Of a stretch of DNA of 41,088 bases, positions 8,413 through 15,693 are shown one piece after another. The notes below the pieces were generated by a model that was not told where the DNA came from, made no database searches, and saw nothing but the letters and a program-made list of their open reading frames with translations. Within the stretch, counting starts at the first letter, position 1. Each line of letters opens with the position of its first letter. Source of the DNA: a virus (lineage: Duplodnaviria > Heunggongvirae > Uroviricota > Caudoviricetes); IMG/VR virus record IMGVR_UViG_2579778622_000013, positions 1 through 41,088 of that record; one strand, written 5' to 3'. The translations under genes were made by a program, and so were the position numbers.

Positions 8413-8757
8413 ATGAGAAAACAGATACAGGCTCTTGGTCGACTCAAAACAGGCCAGATGAACAAAACAGAATCTGCGTATTGCCAGCACCTTGAGCTGC
8501 GTAAACGTGCAGGAGAAATCGTCTGGTATCGATTTGAGGGTATCAAGCTGCGGTTAGCTGACAACACGTTCTATACGCCCGATTTTGCTGTGATGCTCGC
8601 CACCGGCGAGATGGAACTGCACGAAGTGAAAGGTTTCTGGACCGACGATGCCAGGGTGAAAACCAAAGTCGCCGCAGATCAGTATCCGTTCCGAATCATC
8701 GGGGTAACGGTTAAGCCAAAGAAAGCAGGTGGTGGCTGGAACATCGAAGAGTTCTGA
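8413..8757 (+). CDS. DUF1064-like small phage protein, possible PD-(D/E)XK-type nuclease
   Basis: 114 aa; motif YTPDF ... ELHEVKG compatible with D..E.K nuclease core; nin-region position. Confidence 0.45.
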   Translation: MRKQIQALGRLKTGQMNKTESAYCQHLELRKRAGEIVWYRFEGIKLRLADNTFYTPDFAVMLATGEMELHEVKGFWTDDARVKTKVAADQYPFRIIGVTVKPKKAGGGWNIEEF

Positions 8758-8818
8758 ATCGACGATCTTTTTAGTTATCAATGTAATCAATAAGTTATGT
8801 GGATAAGCGAGGGTAAAG

Positions 8819-9298
8819 ATGGAAAGTAATATCAAAGGGTTAGTTTCCGCCGGGCATGAGATGGCTTCGGAACTGAAAGCAGAATGTGGTGCCGTTGATA
8901 TGCGTAGTGTGGCAAAGCTGATCAGCGATTTGGCAATGCAACTGGAAGTGCAACTGGTGCGTGCTAATGCGCTGGCGGCGGAGAATGCGGCAATGCATGA
9001 AACTATTGAAGCCGTTCGGAGTGTTGCGGATAACTCCAGTGGAATTGCCGGATGGCATTTGAATGGCGATATCGCTACATGGGAAGAGATTCTTCATGAA
9101 ATTAACGATATCGAAACCACAGCCACCGACGCTTTCTTGGCTGAAGTACGGGCGCAGGCGTTTAATGACCTTTGCTCGGTGTTCGTTAAGGACGCGACGG
9201 TTGCCGGGCTGGACGATGGCGACATCGTTACGGTGAAAGAAGCGACGGACGCCCTGCTGCATTGTGCGGAGCAGCTTCGCAAAGGAGGCAACCAGTGA
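8819..9298 (+). CDS. Hypothetical protein
   Basis: 159-aa ORF with RBS; no recognisable motif. Confidence 0.5.
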   Translation: MESNIKGLVSAGHEMASELKAECGAVDMRSVAKLISDLAMQLEVQLVRANALAAENAAMHETIEAVRSVADNSSGIAGWHLNGDIATWEEILHEINDIETTATDAFLAEVRAQAFNDLCSVFVKDATVAGLDDGDIVTVKEATDALLHCAEQLRKGGNQ

Positions 9299-9981
9299 GC
9301 GAAATTAATTACCAGGCACTGCGTGAGGCGGCGGAACGTGCAATTCCAGCAATGGAACGCCTGTTAATGTTGCCAGCTGATGATGATTTGTTAAGTGAAC
9401 AGGAACTTAAAGATTACGGTGTGGATATTGATGCGCTCAACGCCTTCAAATTTCTGACCGGACCAGAAACCGTGCTGGCGCTGCTGGATGAACGGGAAAG
9501 AAACCAGCAATACATCAAACGCCGCGACCAGGAAAACGAGGATATTGCTCTTACTGTTGGGAAGCTGCGCGTTGAGCTGGAAGGCAAAGACAGCAAAATA
9601 GCCAATCTTACCGCCGAACGCGATGCTCTTCGTGAAGGTTGGATGGGCGACGCTAGGCATAGCAACACACGGGCCGCAGCTGATATCTACTTCCAACTGG
9701 TCGAGGAGTGCGAAATTCCTGCTGGCGGATCTCTGGTCGAGTACGTTGACGATATGCGCGAGAAGCTGGAAGCCGCAGAGAAGCGCATTGCAGAGTTAGA
9801 AAGTGGTTCTCAGGCACAAAAGTTAGTTGAAGCAATCATTGTTGCGATAGAAAACGAACAGGAAAGGCTTTTTGATGAAGATTACCTAATGGATTCGAAA
9901 GAATGCATTGACGTAATTCGTGAAGAAGTAAAGCGATGGAATGATTCCCGCGCTACTGGCATTCGCATCAAAGGAGAGTGA
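9295..9981 (+). CDS. Hypothetical coiled-coil protein
   Basis: GTG 9295 six nt after AAAGGAGG RBS, overlapping upstream stop; coiled-coil-like central region. Confidence 0.5.
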   Translation: MSEINYQALREAAERAIPAMERLLMLPADDDLLSEQELKDYGVDIDALNAFKFLTGPETVLALLDERERNQQYIKRRDQENEDIALTVGKLRVELEGKDSKIANLTAERDALREGWMGDARHSNTRAAADIYFQLVEECEIPAGGSLVEYVDDMREKLEAAEKRIAELESGSQAQKLVEAIIVAIENEQERLFDEDYLMDSKECIDVIREEVKRWNDSRATGIRIKGE

Positions 9982-9982
9982 G

Positions 9983-10738
9983 ATGATTCACTACCACGGT
10001 GGGCCTATTACTCCTGATACGTGCGCAATGAGAGCATGGAAAGGGCGACATGCGTTTATCAGTTTTGCGCATTCAGGCCAGATCAATCTCGCGGCTGAAT
10101 ACTGTCAGTCGTTCGCGCTGGACAACGGTGCATTCACCGCCTGGAAAGCAGCTGGCAAAAACAAAATCAACTGGAGCGATTACTACGATTTTGTTGCTCG
10201 CTGGAAGAATCACCCGGGATTCGATTTTGCCATTATCCCGGATGTTATTGATGGCGGAGAGGAGGAAAATGATGCGCTTCTGAATGAGTGGCCTCACGGA
10301 AAACTAGCTGGCGTTCCAGTGTGGCACATGAATGAAAGTGACGAGCGATTTATTCATTTGTGCAATGAGTTTCCGCGAGTGGCTATCGGTAGTTGTGGCG
10401 ACTATGACGTAAAGCGCCCAACTCTTGCGGTAGCCAGAATGAAAGACCTGATTCGTCACATTGTTGATGGGCATGGTCAGCCGGTTACGAAACTACATGG
10501 ATTGCGCATGTTAAATCCGCTGATATTCACAAAATTACCCTTAGCCAGCGCAGATAGTACGAACGTCGCTCGAAACATCGGTATTGATAAAGCCTGGTCT
10601 GGGGCTTATGCACCTGCAAGTAAAGAGACACGCGCAGCATTAATGGTAGAACGGATTGAGGCACACAATAGCCCTGGTTCTCTTGCGTATTGTGAACAAC
10701 GCGACCGCTTTGAAATGCAATTGCAACTAGCAGTTTAA
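9983..10738 (+). CDS. TGT-fold protein, DpdA-like 7-deazaguanine DNA transglycosylase candidate
   Basis: 251 aa; motifs LDNGAF, IIPDVID, KLHGLRML, ASADSTNVARN parallel Tgt motifs TDSGGF, MIFDEC, LMGVGKP, FDCVMPTRNARNG; no zinc subdomain; strong RBS AAGGAGA. Confidence 0.5.
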   Translation: MIHYHGGPITPDTCAMRAWKGRHAFISFAHSGQINLAAEYCQSFALDNGAFTAWKAAGKNKINWSDYYDFVARWKNHPGFDFAIIPDVIDGGEEENDALLNEWPHGKLAGVPVWHMNESDERFIHLCNEFPRVAIGSCGDYDVKRPTLAVARMKDLIRHIVDGHGQPVTKLHGLRMLNPLIFTKLPLASADSTNVARNIGIDKAWSGAYAPASKETRAALMVERIEAHNSPGSLAYCEQRDRFEMQLQLAV

Positions 10739-10748
10739 GGACTAACAA

Positions 10749-11291
10749 ATGACCACTATTACCAAAGAACGTATTGAATTGTTCATTAAAAATCCGCTTG
10801 AAAACGGGCTTACTCGTGGCGAACAAATGGAACTGGCACGAATTGCACTGGCATCACTGGGAGCAGAACCTGTAAGCCAAACTTACAACTTGCCAGAATT
10901 AATCGAAGGCATGGAGGTTTCCATTGATGTAAGCACTTGTGATGCGGATTTAGGTAATCGCTATTTCGGTACCGTCACCGAGGCGTTAGAACTTGATACT
11001 GCCAAGAATGGTTACATCCTCCTGGTTCAGGACGCAGAGCCAAACTTCGATGTAAATGGCAACTCTCCGGGAACTCCGGATGGTTGGATAAGCTGTAGTG
11101 ATCGAATGCCGGAAGACACCAAAATGTTACTGGCATTTAGTCAAGGTCAAATAGTGGCAGCATATTGGAACTGGGTTGTAAATCCAATTGATTACAAAAA
11201 ATATAGAGCTTTCACGTATTTATCAGGAAATATCTTGGATGACGTAACTCACTGGATGCCGCTACCAGAACCGCCGCAGGAGGTGAAGTGA
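10749..11291 (+). CDS. DUF551-like phage protein
   Basis: C-terminus ..HWMPLPEPPQE characteristic of DUF551-type phage proteins. Confidence 0.5.
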   Translation: MTTITKERIELFIKNPLENGLTRGEQMELARIALASLGAEPVSQTYNLPELIEGMEVSIDVSTCDADLGNRYFGTVTEALELDTAKNGYILLVQDAEPNFDVNGNSPGTPDGWISCSDRMPEDTKMLLAFSQGQIVAAYWNWVVNPIDYKKYRAFTYLSGNILDDVTHWMPLPEPPQEVK

Positions 11292-11413
11292 TGAACAAGT
11301 GCAACGCTCTGCTTTATGCCATGGTGATTGGTTTCGGCCTGGCTGCTGGTATCCGGGTTTATATTACCTGGGAGTCATTAATCAATCTGGCGTGGAGTGC
11401 GATTCGTGGCTAA
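11291..11413 (+). CDS. Small hydrophobic membrane peptide (40 aa)
   Basis: ATG 11291 seven nt after AGGAGGTGA RBS; MNKCNALLYAMVIGFGLAAGIRVYITW...; not in ORF track (under 60 aa). Confidence 0.35.
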   Translation: MNKCNALLYAMVIGFGLAAGIRVYITWESLINLAWSAIRG

Positions 11414-11744
11414 ATCCCCCGCAGAACGCAAAGCCGCGCAGCGCGCTCGGCAGTCCGCCGCCGGTGAGCGCAAAATTGAACTGGTGCTGGATAAGCAGGA
11501 GCAGGAAATGCTGGAGCGTAACTGTGCCACGCGTCGCCCCGGGCGTGCGCCTTACGAATTTGGGGAGTATATAGCGTTACTGATCCGCCAGGATGATGCA
11601 CGCGTGCGCGGGCGTATAAAATCGATTAGCAGAAAACGTTGCGGTAAGTGCGGCGAGAAAGTTCCCGTTAATTCATGCCCGTGTAATGGTGACTCGCAAT
11701 GCTGGGTGACTAAAGGCTGGCATGAAACTAAATTAATAGTGTGA
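11397..11744 (+). CDS. Cys-rich putative regulatory protein, last gene before the late operon
   Basis: 115 aa; C-terminal RKRCGKCGEKVPVNSCPCNGDSQC zinc-finger-like cluster; start codon uncertain. Confidence 0.4.
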   Translation: MRFVAKSPAERKAAQRARQSAAGERKIELVLDKQEQEMLERNCATRRPGRAPYEFGEYIALLIRQDDARVRGRIKSISRKRCGKCGEKVPVNSCPCNGDSQCWVTKGWHETKLIV

Positions 11745-11793
11745 CATGTCACGAGTAGATTATGCATGATGAATTTGATGGGTTTTGAATACT

Positions 11794-11819
11794 GCCGCCA
11801 ACTATGGCGGCTTTATTTT
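11794..11819 (+). terminator. Rho-independent terminator preceding terminase operon
   Basis: 7-bp stem GCCGCCA/TGGCGGC, loop ACTA, then TTTATTTT. Confidence 0.6.
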
Positions 11820-11830
11820 GCATGGTACTA

Positions 11831-11845
11831 TTACCACAACGGTAA
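11831..11845. promoter_or_regulatory. Operator-like palindrome TTACCACAACGGTAA upstream of terminase small subunit
   Basis: Perfect dyad 18 nt upstream of terS RBS. Confidence 0.45.
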
Positions 11846-11862
11846 CAATTACCAGGGTGGTT

Positions 11863-12459
11863 ATGATGCCTGCTGAACCTAAAACCTATAAACGCAAATC
11901 AACGCAATTTAAGCCACTAACCGCAATGCAGGAGGCTTATTGCCAGTCATACATCAAAACGCCTGAAAACCAGACTCAGGCAGCGATTAACGCAGGATTC
12001 TCCCCAAATACAGCGGCAGTTAAAGCCAGTGTCATGATGCGCGATGAACGCATTCAAAAACGGATTGCCGAGTTGATGGAGGAGCGCAACAAACGAATGC
12101 GCGTCAGTGCCGATTACGTTCTCATGCGCCTGGTGGAGATCGACCAGATGGACGTGATTGATATCCTCAATGACGATGGGAGCCTTAAGCCAATCCGCGA
12201 GTGGCCGAAAATCTGGCGCACTACGCTTAGTGGCTTTGATCTGTCATCGACCATCATGAACATGAACGAGGATTCGATAGAGACAATCCTCAAAAAAATT
12301 AAATGGCCTGACAAGGTGAAGAACCTCGAACTGATTGGTAAGCACGTCGACGTCAATGCATTCAAAGAACGCCTGGATGTTAATGTGAATGTGACAATTG
12401 CTGATCGCATAGCGGCAGCCAGGAAGCGACTCAAAGAACGTCAGGATGGTAATCAGTGA
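11863..12459 (+). CDS. Terminase small subunit
   Basis: HTH-type segment AINAGFSPNTAAVKASVMMRD typical of terminase small subunits; overlaps terL start (GTGA). Confidence 0.75.
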   Translation: MMPAEPKTYKRKSTQFKPLTAMQEAYCQSYIKTPENQTQAAINAGFSPNTAAVKASVMMRDERIQKRIAELMEERNKRMRVSADYVLMRLVEIDQMDVIDILNDDGSLKPIREWPKIWRTTLSGFDLSSTIMNMNEDSIETILKKIKWPDKVKNLELIGKHVDVNAFKERLDVNVNVTIADRIAAARKRLKERQDGNQ

Positions 12460-13931
12460 CAGATACAGCGTTATCTCCTGAAGAGCAGTTGATCGAGGAT
12501 ATTGCAGGGTTCACTCACGATCCGCTTGGCTATGCCCTCTATGCGTTCCCGTGGGGGGAAGAGGGGACTGAACTGGCACATGCTACCGGCCCACGTCAGT
12601 GGCAGGCTGATGCGTTCCGAGAGATACGTGATCACCTGCAGAATCCAGAGACGCGCTATCAGCCGCTTATGCTGGCACGCGCTTCTGGTCACGGTATTGG
12701 TAAATCCGCATTCATCTCAATGCTGATCAACTGGGGCATGTCCACTTGCGAGGATTGTAAGGTCGTGGTGACCGCCAACACCGACAACCAGCTACGAACG
12801 AAGACCTGGCCGGAAATTATCAAGTGGTCGAACCTTGCTATCACGAAAGACTGGTTTACCTGTACCGCTACTGCGATGTACAGCAATGATCCTGGGCACG
12901 ACAAGCGGTGGCGAGCTGACGCAATCCCCTGGTCTGAGCACAACACTGAGGCATTCGCCGGACTACACAACGAGCGCAAACGCATCATCGTGGTATTCGA
13001 TGAAGCGTCGAACATTGCGGATCTGGTGTGGGAAGTTGCTGAGGGTGCGCTTACGGACGAAGACACTGAGATTATCTGGGTGGCGTTCGGAAACCCTACA
13101 CGTAATACCGGGCGTTTTCGCGAATGTTTCCGCAAATACAAACACCGCTGGAAAACTGCGCAGATTGACAGCCGGACGGTGGAAGGTACTAACAAACAGC
13201 AGTTGCAGAAATGGGTTGATGACTACGGGGAAGACAGCGACTTCGTTAAAATCCGTGTGCGCGGCATATTCCCTGATGCATCTGAATTGCAGTTTATCCC
13301 TACCGGTCTTACTGATGAGGCAATGAAACGGGTGGTAACCGCTGCGCAGGTGGCACATGCTCCGGTGATAATCGGTGTTGACCCGGCATATTCAGGCGTT
13401 GATGACGCGGTGATATACCTGCGGCAGGGGTTGCATAGTAAGGTGCTATGGACTGGCAACAAGACCACTGACGATCTGATTATGGCGAAGCGTATCGCTG
13501 ACTTTGAAGACCAGTATCAGGCTGACGCGGTGTTCATCGACTTCGGTTACGGAACCGGTCTGAAGTCAATCGGTGACGGGTGGGGGCGCACATGGCAACT
13601 TGTTCCGTTCGGTGGTGCGTCAACTGACCCTCAGATGCTCAACAAGCGCGGGGAGATGTTCAACTCATGCAAGACATGGCTGAGGTTGGGCGGGATGCTG
13701 GATGACCAGGAAACAGCGGACGATCTGTCGGCGGCAGAGTACAAAGTTCGCGTGGACGGTAAAATCGTTATCGAACCGAAGGAAGATATCAAAGAACGAC
13801 TTGGGCGTTCGCCTGGTAAAGGCGATGCGCTACTGCTGACGTTTGCTTTCCCGGTGTCAAAGCGCCTGCGACTTCCCGGGCAGCAGAACCAGCAAGGCAA
13901 GGCGCTTACCGAGTACGATCCATATGCTTAG
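12456..13931 (+). CDS. Terminase large subunit
   Basis: 491 aa; Walker A-like GHGIGKS, Walker B-like VVFDEAS, C-terminal nuclease-like region; position between terS and portal. Confidence 0.9.
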   Translation: MTDTALSPEEQLIEDIAGFTHDPLGYALYAFPWGEEGTELAHATGPRQWQADAFREIRDHLQNPETRYQPLMLARASGHGIGKSAFISMLINWGMSTCEDCKVVVTANTDNQLRTKTWPEIIKWSNLAITKDWFTCTATAMYSNDPGHDKRWRADAIPWSEHNTEAFAGLHNERKRIIVVFDEASNIADLVWEVAEGALTDEDTEIIWVAFGNPTRNTGRFRECFRKYKHRWKTAQIDSRTVEGTNKQQLQKWVDDYGEDSDFVKIRVRGIFPDASELQFIPTGLTDEAMKRVVTAAQVAHAPVIIGVDPAYSGVDDAVIYLRQGLHSKVLWTGNKTTDDLIMAKRIADFEDQYQADAVFIDFGYGTGLKSIGDGWGRTWQLVPFGGASTDPQMLNKRGEMFNSCKTWLRLGGMLDDQETADDLSAAEYKVRVDGKIVIEPKEDIKERLGRSPGKGDALLLTFAFPVSKRLRLPGQQNQQGKALTEYDPYA

Positions 13932-14746
13932 TCTTTATTTTTATCCTCGAAACCTGATAATCCAGATAGAACACCAAAGTTATTAAAAACGTTTGGCTTA
14001 CCAGATTTTAATCCGGATAAGTTGTGTTGCTCCAAAAAGTTGCTAATTGTTTGGCCGTTGCCAAGTGCAAGGCTTTTTATTTGAGATTTTTCAGGGTATT
14101 TGAGTTTGTATTCGTCGAAATCATTTTGGAGAGTCTTATATGCCTCATTCATTCTTCCAAGAGTTTCCGATATCTCTTTTAATGAATGATTTAGAGTTGC
14201 TAACTGAGCACTGGCGGATCTCAATTCGTCATCTTTAGCTTTCAACTCGGCAGTCAATTCCCCCATACTATTCTTTGATCGAATAATCTCTTCTTTCATC
14301 TCTTGGATGTCTTTTTCCGCGCCAGTCTTAACTTTGTCGTATGTAACATCTTTTTTAGCCAATAACCTCTGCAGTCTTGTTTCACGCTGGATTTTTCTTG
14401 CCTTCAGGTGATTTTCGATTGAGTCATTATTATCAAGAGGCTTTGCTTGCCATACGTTAATGATATTGTTTACCCATGGTAATAGGCAGCAGATAGCAAT
14501 TACAGATAAGCATGGATAAAACATAACAGTTTTCCATGTGCTGTTATCTGAGATATATGAAATTTTATCTATTATGTTTGATTTGCTAAAAAATAGATAA
14601 AGAATTGATTTCCAGTTGAAGGCGCACCAGGACATAACAAAAGCACCAAGCACAGGGTTTTTGGCTCGATTCACGGCAGTATTGGCAGTAGATAAAAACA
14701 GCTCTTTGAACGATTCAAACATGCTAATTACCTTGAAGTTTTTCAT
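13928..14746 (-). CDS. Membrane-anchored coiled-coil moron protein, function unknown
   Basis: 272 aa from ATG 14746; two hydrophobic helices then long coiled coil; AT-rich; stop overlaps terL stop (convergent). Confidence 0.55.
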   Translation of the reverse strand: MKNFKVISMFESFKELFLSTANTAVNRAKNPVLGAFVMSWCAFNWKSILYLFFSKSNIIDKISYISDNSTWKTVMFYPCLSVIAICCLLPWVNNIINVWQAKPLDNNDSIENHLKARKIQRETRLQRLLAKKDVTYDKVKTGAEKDIQEMKEEIIRSKNSMGELTAELKAKDDELRSASAQLATLNHSLKEISETLGRMNEAYKTLQNDFDEYKLKYPEKSQIKSLALGNGQTISNFLEQHNLSGLKSGKPNVFNNFGVLSGLSGFEDKNKD

Positions 14747-14750
14747 GATT

Positions 14751-14765
14751 ATACCTTTAAGGTAA
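14751..14765. promoter_or_regulatory. Operator-like palindrome ATACCTTTAAGGTAA at moron gene start
   Basis: Dyad immediately 5' of ATG 14746 on the minus strand, overlapping the RBS and a TATAAT-like hexamer. Confidence 0.4.
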
Positions 14766-14781
14766 TTTGCGGTCATCAAGC

Positions 14782-14805
14782 AAAAAAATGCCCGGCGAAC
14801 CGGGC
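14782..14805 (-). terminator. Rho-independent terminator (minus strand)
   Basis: Stem GCCCGG/CCGGGC, loop CGAA, followed by a T-run on the minus strand. Confidence 0.5.
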
Positions 14806-14876
14806 GAACTGGAAGCAATGAGTTATGCCTTCCGTGGCTGTACTGGTTTACAGCATGAAGTCATCGCAATGGCGTC

Positions 14877-14925
14877 CTGCTGTAAAAAGGGCGGTGATAG
14901 TCCTTCAAGGGAAACTATCACCGCC
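14877..14925 (-). terminator. 12-bp perfect stem-loop with T-run downstream of the tRNA
   Basis: GGCGGTGATAGT / ACTATCACCGCC with 12-nt loop, followed on the minus strand by CCTTTTTAC. Confidence 0.5.
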
Positions 14926-14968
14926 AAGCACCTGGAACTTCTGGCATCACGGTCCTTAGGCGTGATTC

Positions 14969-15045
14969 TGGCGTGGCATGCAGGATTCGAACCTGCGACC
15001 AACCGCTTAGAAGTCGGTTGCTCTGTCCAACTGAGCTAATGCCAC
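14969..15045 (-). tRNA. tRNA-Arg (anticodon UCU), phage-encoded argU-like
   Basis: 77 nt with CCA; cloverleaf GTGGCAT/ATGCCAC acceptor stem, D-arm GCTC..GAGC, anticodon loop CTTCTAA, T-arm GCAGG TTCGAAT CCTGC; similar but not identical to E. coli argU as recalled. Confidence 0.85.
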
Positions 15046-15367
15046 AACGCTGAGAGCACTTAGCCTGTTAAGGCACCACACTTTGTCGCGGCTCCATAAA
15101 TGCTCTCATCGTTGCACCCTCGTCTCTTCCGAGGTGTCACACCGAATCGCCGGGATGGTGAATCCCCGTGCGCGGAATAAAACCGCTCGACTTGCACATT
15201 CCGGCTATCTGGTTCGTTTGCCCGAGCAAGGGAGGGTGCCCCTTAAACGTATCCAGACCGCTATCGGCGCATGTGCCATACGCCGTACTGCTCAAAATAA
15301 AAGCTCACTCCACCTGTTCAATTTAACGACAAGCCAGTCAGGTTAGTAACCGGAATGAACCCTTTGC

Positions 15368-15382
15368 TTACCTGAAAGGTAA
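15368..15382. promoter_or_regulatory. Operator-like palindrome TTACCTGAAAGGTAA upstream of portal operon
   Basis: Perfect dyad ~90 nt upstream of the 15473 gene. Confidence 0.45.
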
Positions 15383-15472
15383 TAATTCGTGCGTTAAATG
15401 TCAACCATCTACGATAAATAAATCATATGTGGTTAAATTGGTAATAATTTAATTGCGTACGGAGTCATTGAT

Positions 15473-15679
15473 ATGTGCATGGGTAGCTCACCATCAGTGC
15501 CTGCAACACCAGAAGTTCAGGCAGCACCACAGGAGCAGGATGCCGCCGTTGTTGATGCCCGCGACGAAGAAACACGTCGCCGTCGCGCTGCTGCTGGTCG
15601 TAGTTCTACGCTGCTTACCGGTTCTCAGGGCGACACATCAACCGCTAATACCAGCGGTAAAACGCTGCTTGGTCAGTAA
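15473..15679 (+). CDS. Small protein preceding portal
   Basis: 68 aa; GGAG RBS; shares the initiation context CGGAGTCATTGA(T/A)ATG with the portal gene. Confidence 0.5.
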   Translation: MCMGSSPSVPATPEVQAAPQEQDAAVVDARDEETRRRRAAAGRSSTLLTGSQGDTSTANTSGKTLLGQ

Positions 15680-15693
15680 CCGGAGTCATTGAA

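Noticed and set aside
9983-10738. Reading the TGT-like gene as a host queuosine tRNA-guanine transglycosylase
   Set aside because: At 251 aa it is about two-thirds the length of bacterial Tgt, lacks the zinc-binding C-terminal subdomain and sits in a phage nin-like operon; DpdA-like is the better fit.
11299-11574. 91-aa ORF in frame 1 between the DUF551 gene and terS
   Set aside because: Overlapped by two better candidates (11291..11413 with a strong RBS and 11397..11744); Trp/Pro/Cys-rich unlikely peptide.
12689-13195. 168-aa ORF antisense to the terminase large subunit
   Set aside because: Embedded antisense frame; the terminase assignment is strong.
14463-14477. TTACCCATGGTAA-like sequence inside the moron coding region as another operator site
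   Set aside because: Spacing between the half-sites is 3 rather than 5 nt and it lies inside a coding region; treated as a chance near-match.
14767-15039. 90-aa ORF on the plus strand
   Set aside because: It overlaps the tRNA and two terminator hairpins; the reading frame is a by-product of GC-rich structured sequence.
14969-15045. The tRNA-Arg as the prophage attachment site (host tRNA with an integrated element)
   Set aside because: The integrase is 15 kb away at the left end, phage genes of one coherent genome lie on both sides, and the same operator-like palindrome occurs on both sides; the tRNA is cargo between terminase and portal.
15083-15346. 87-aa Arg-rich ORF in the GC-rich flank of the tRNA
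   Set aside because: No RBS, low-complexity basic composition, no protein-like motif; more likely non-coding leader or decayed sequence. Kept as an open question in the findings.
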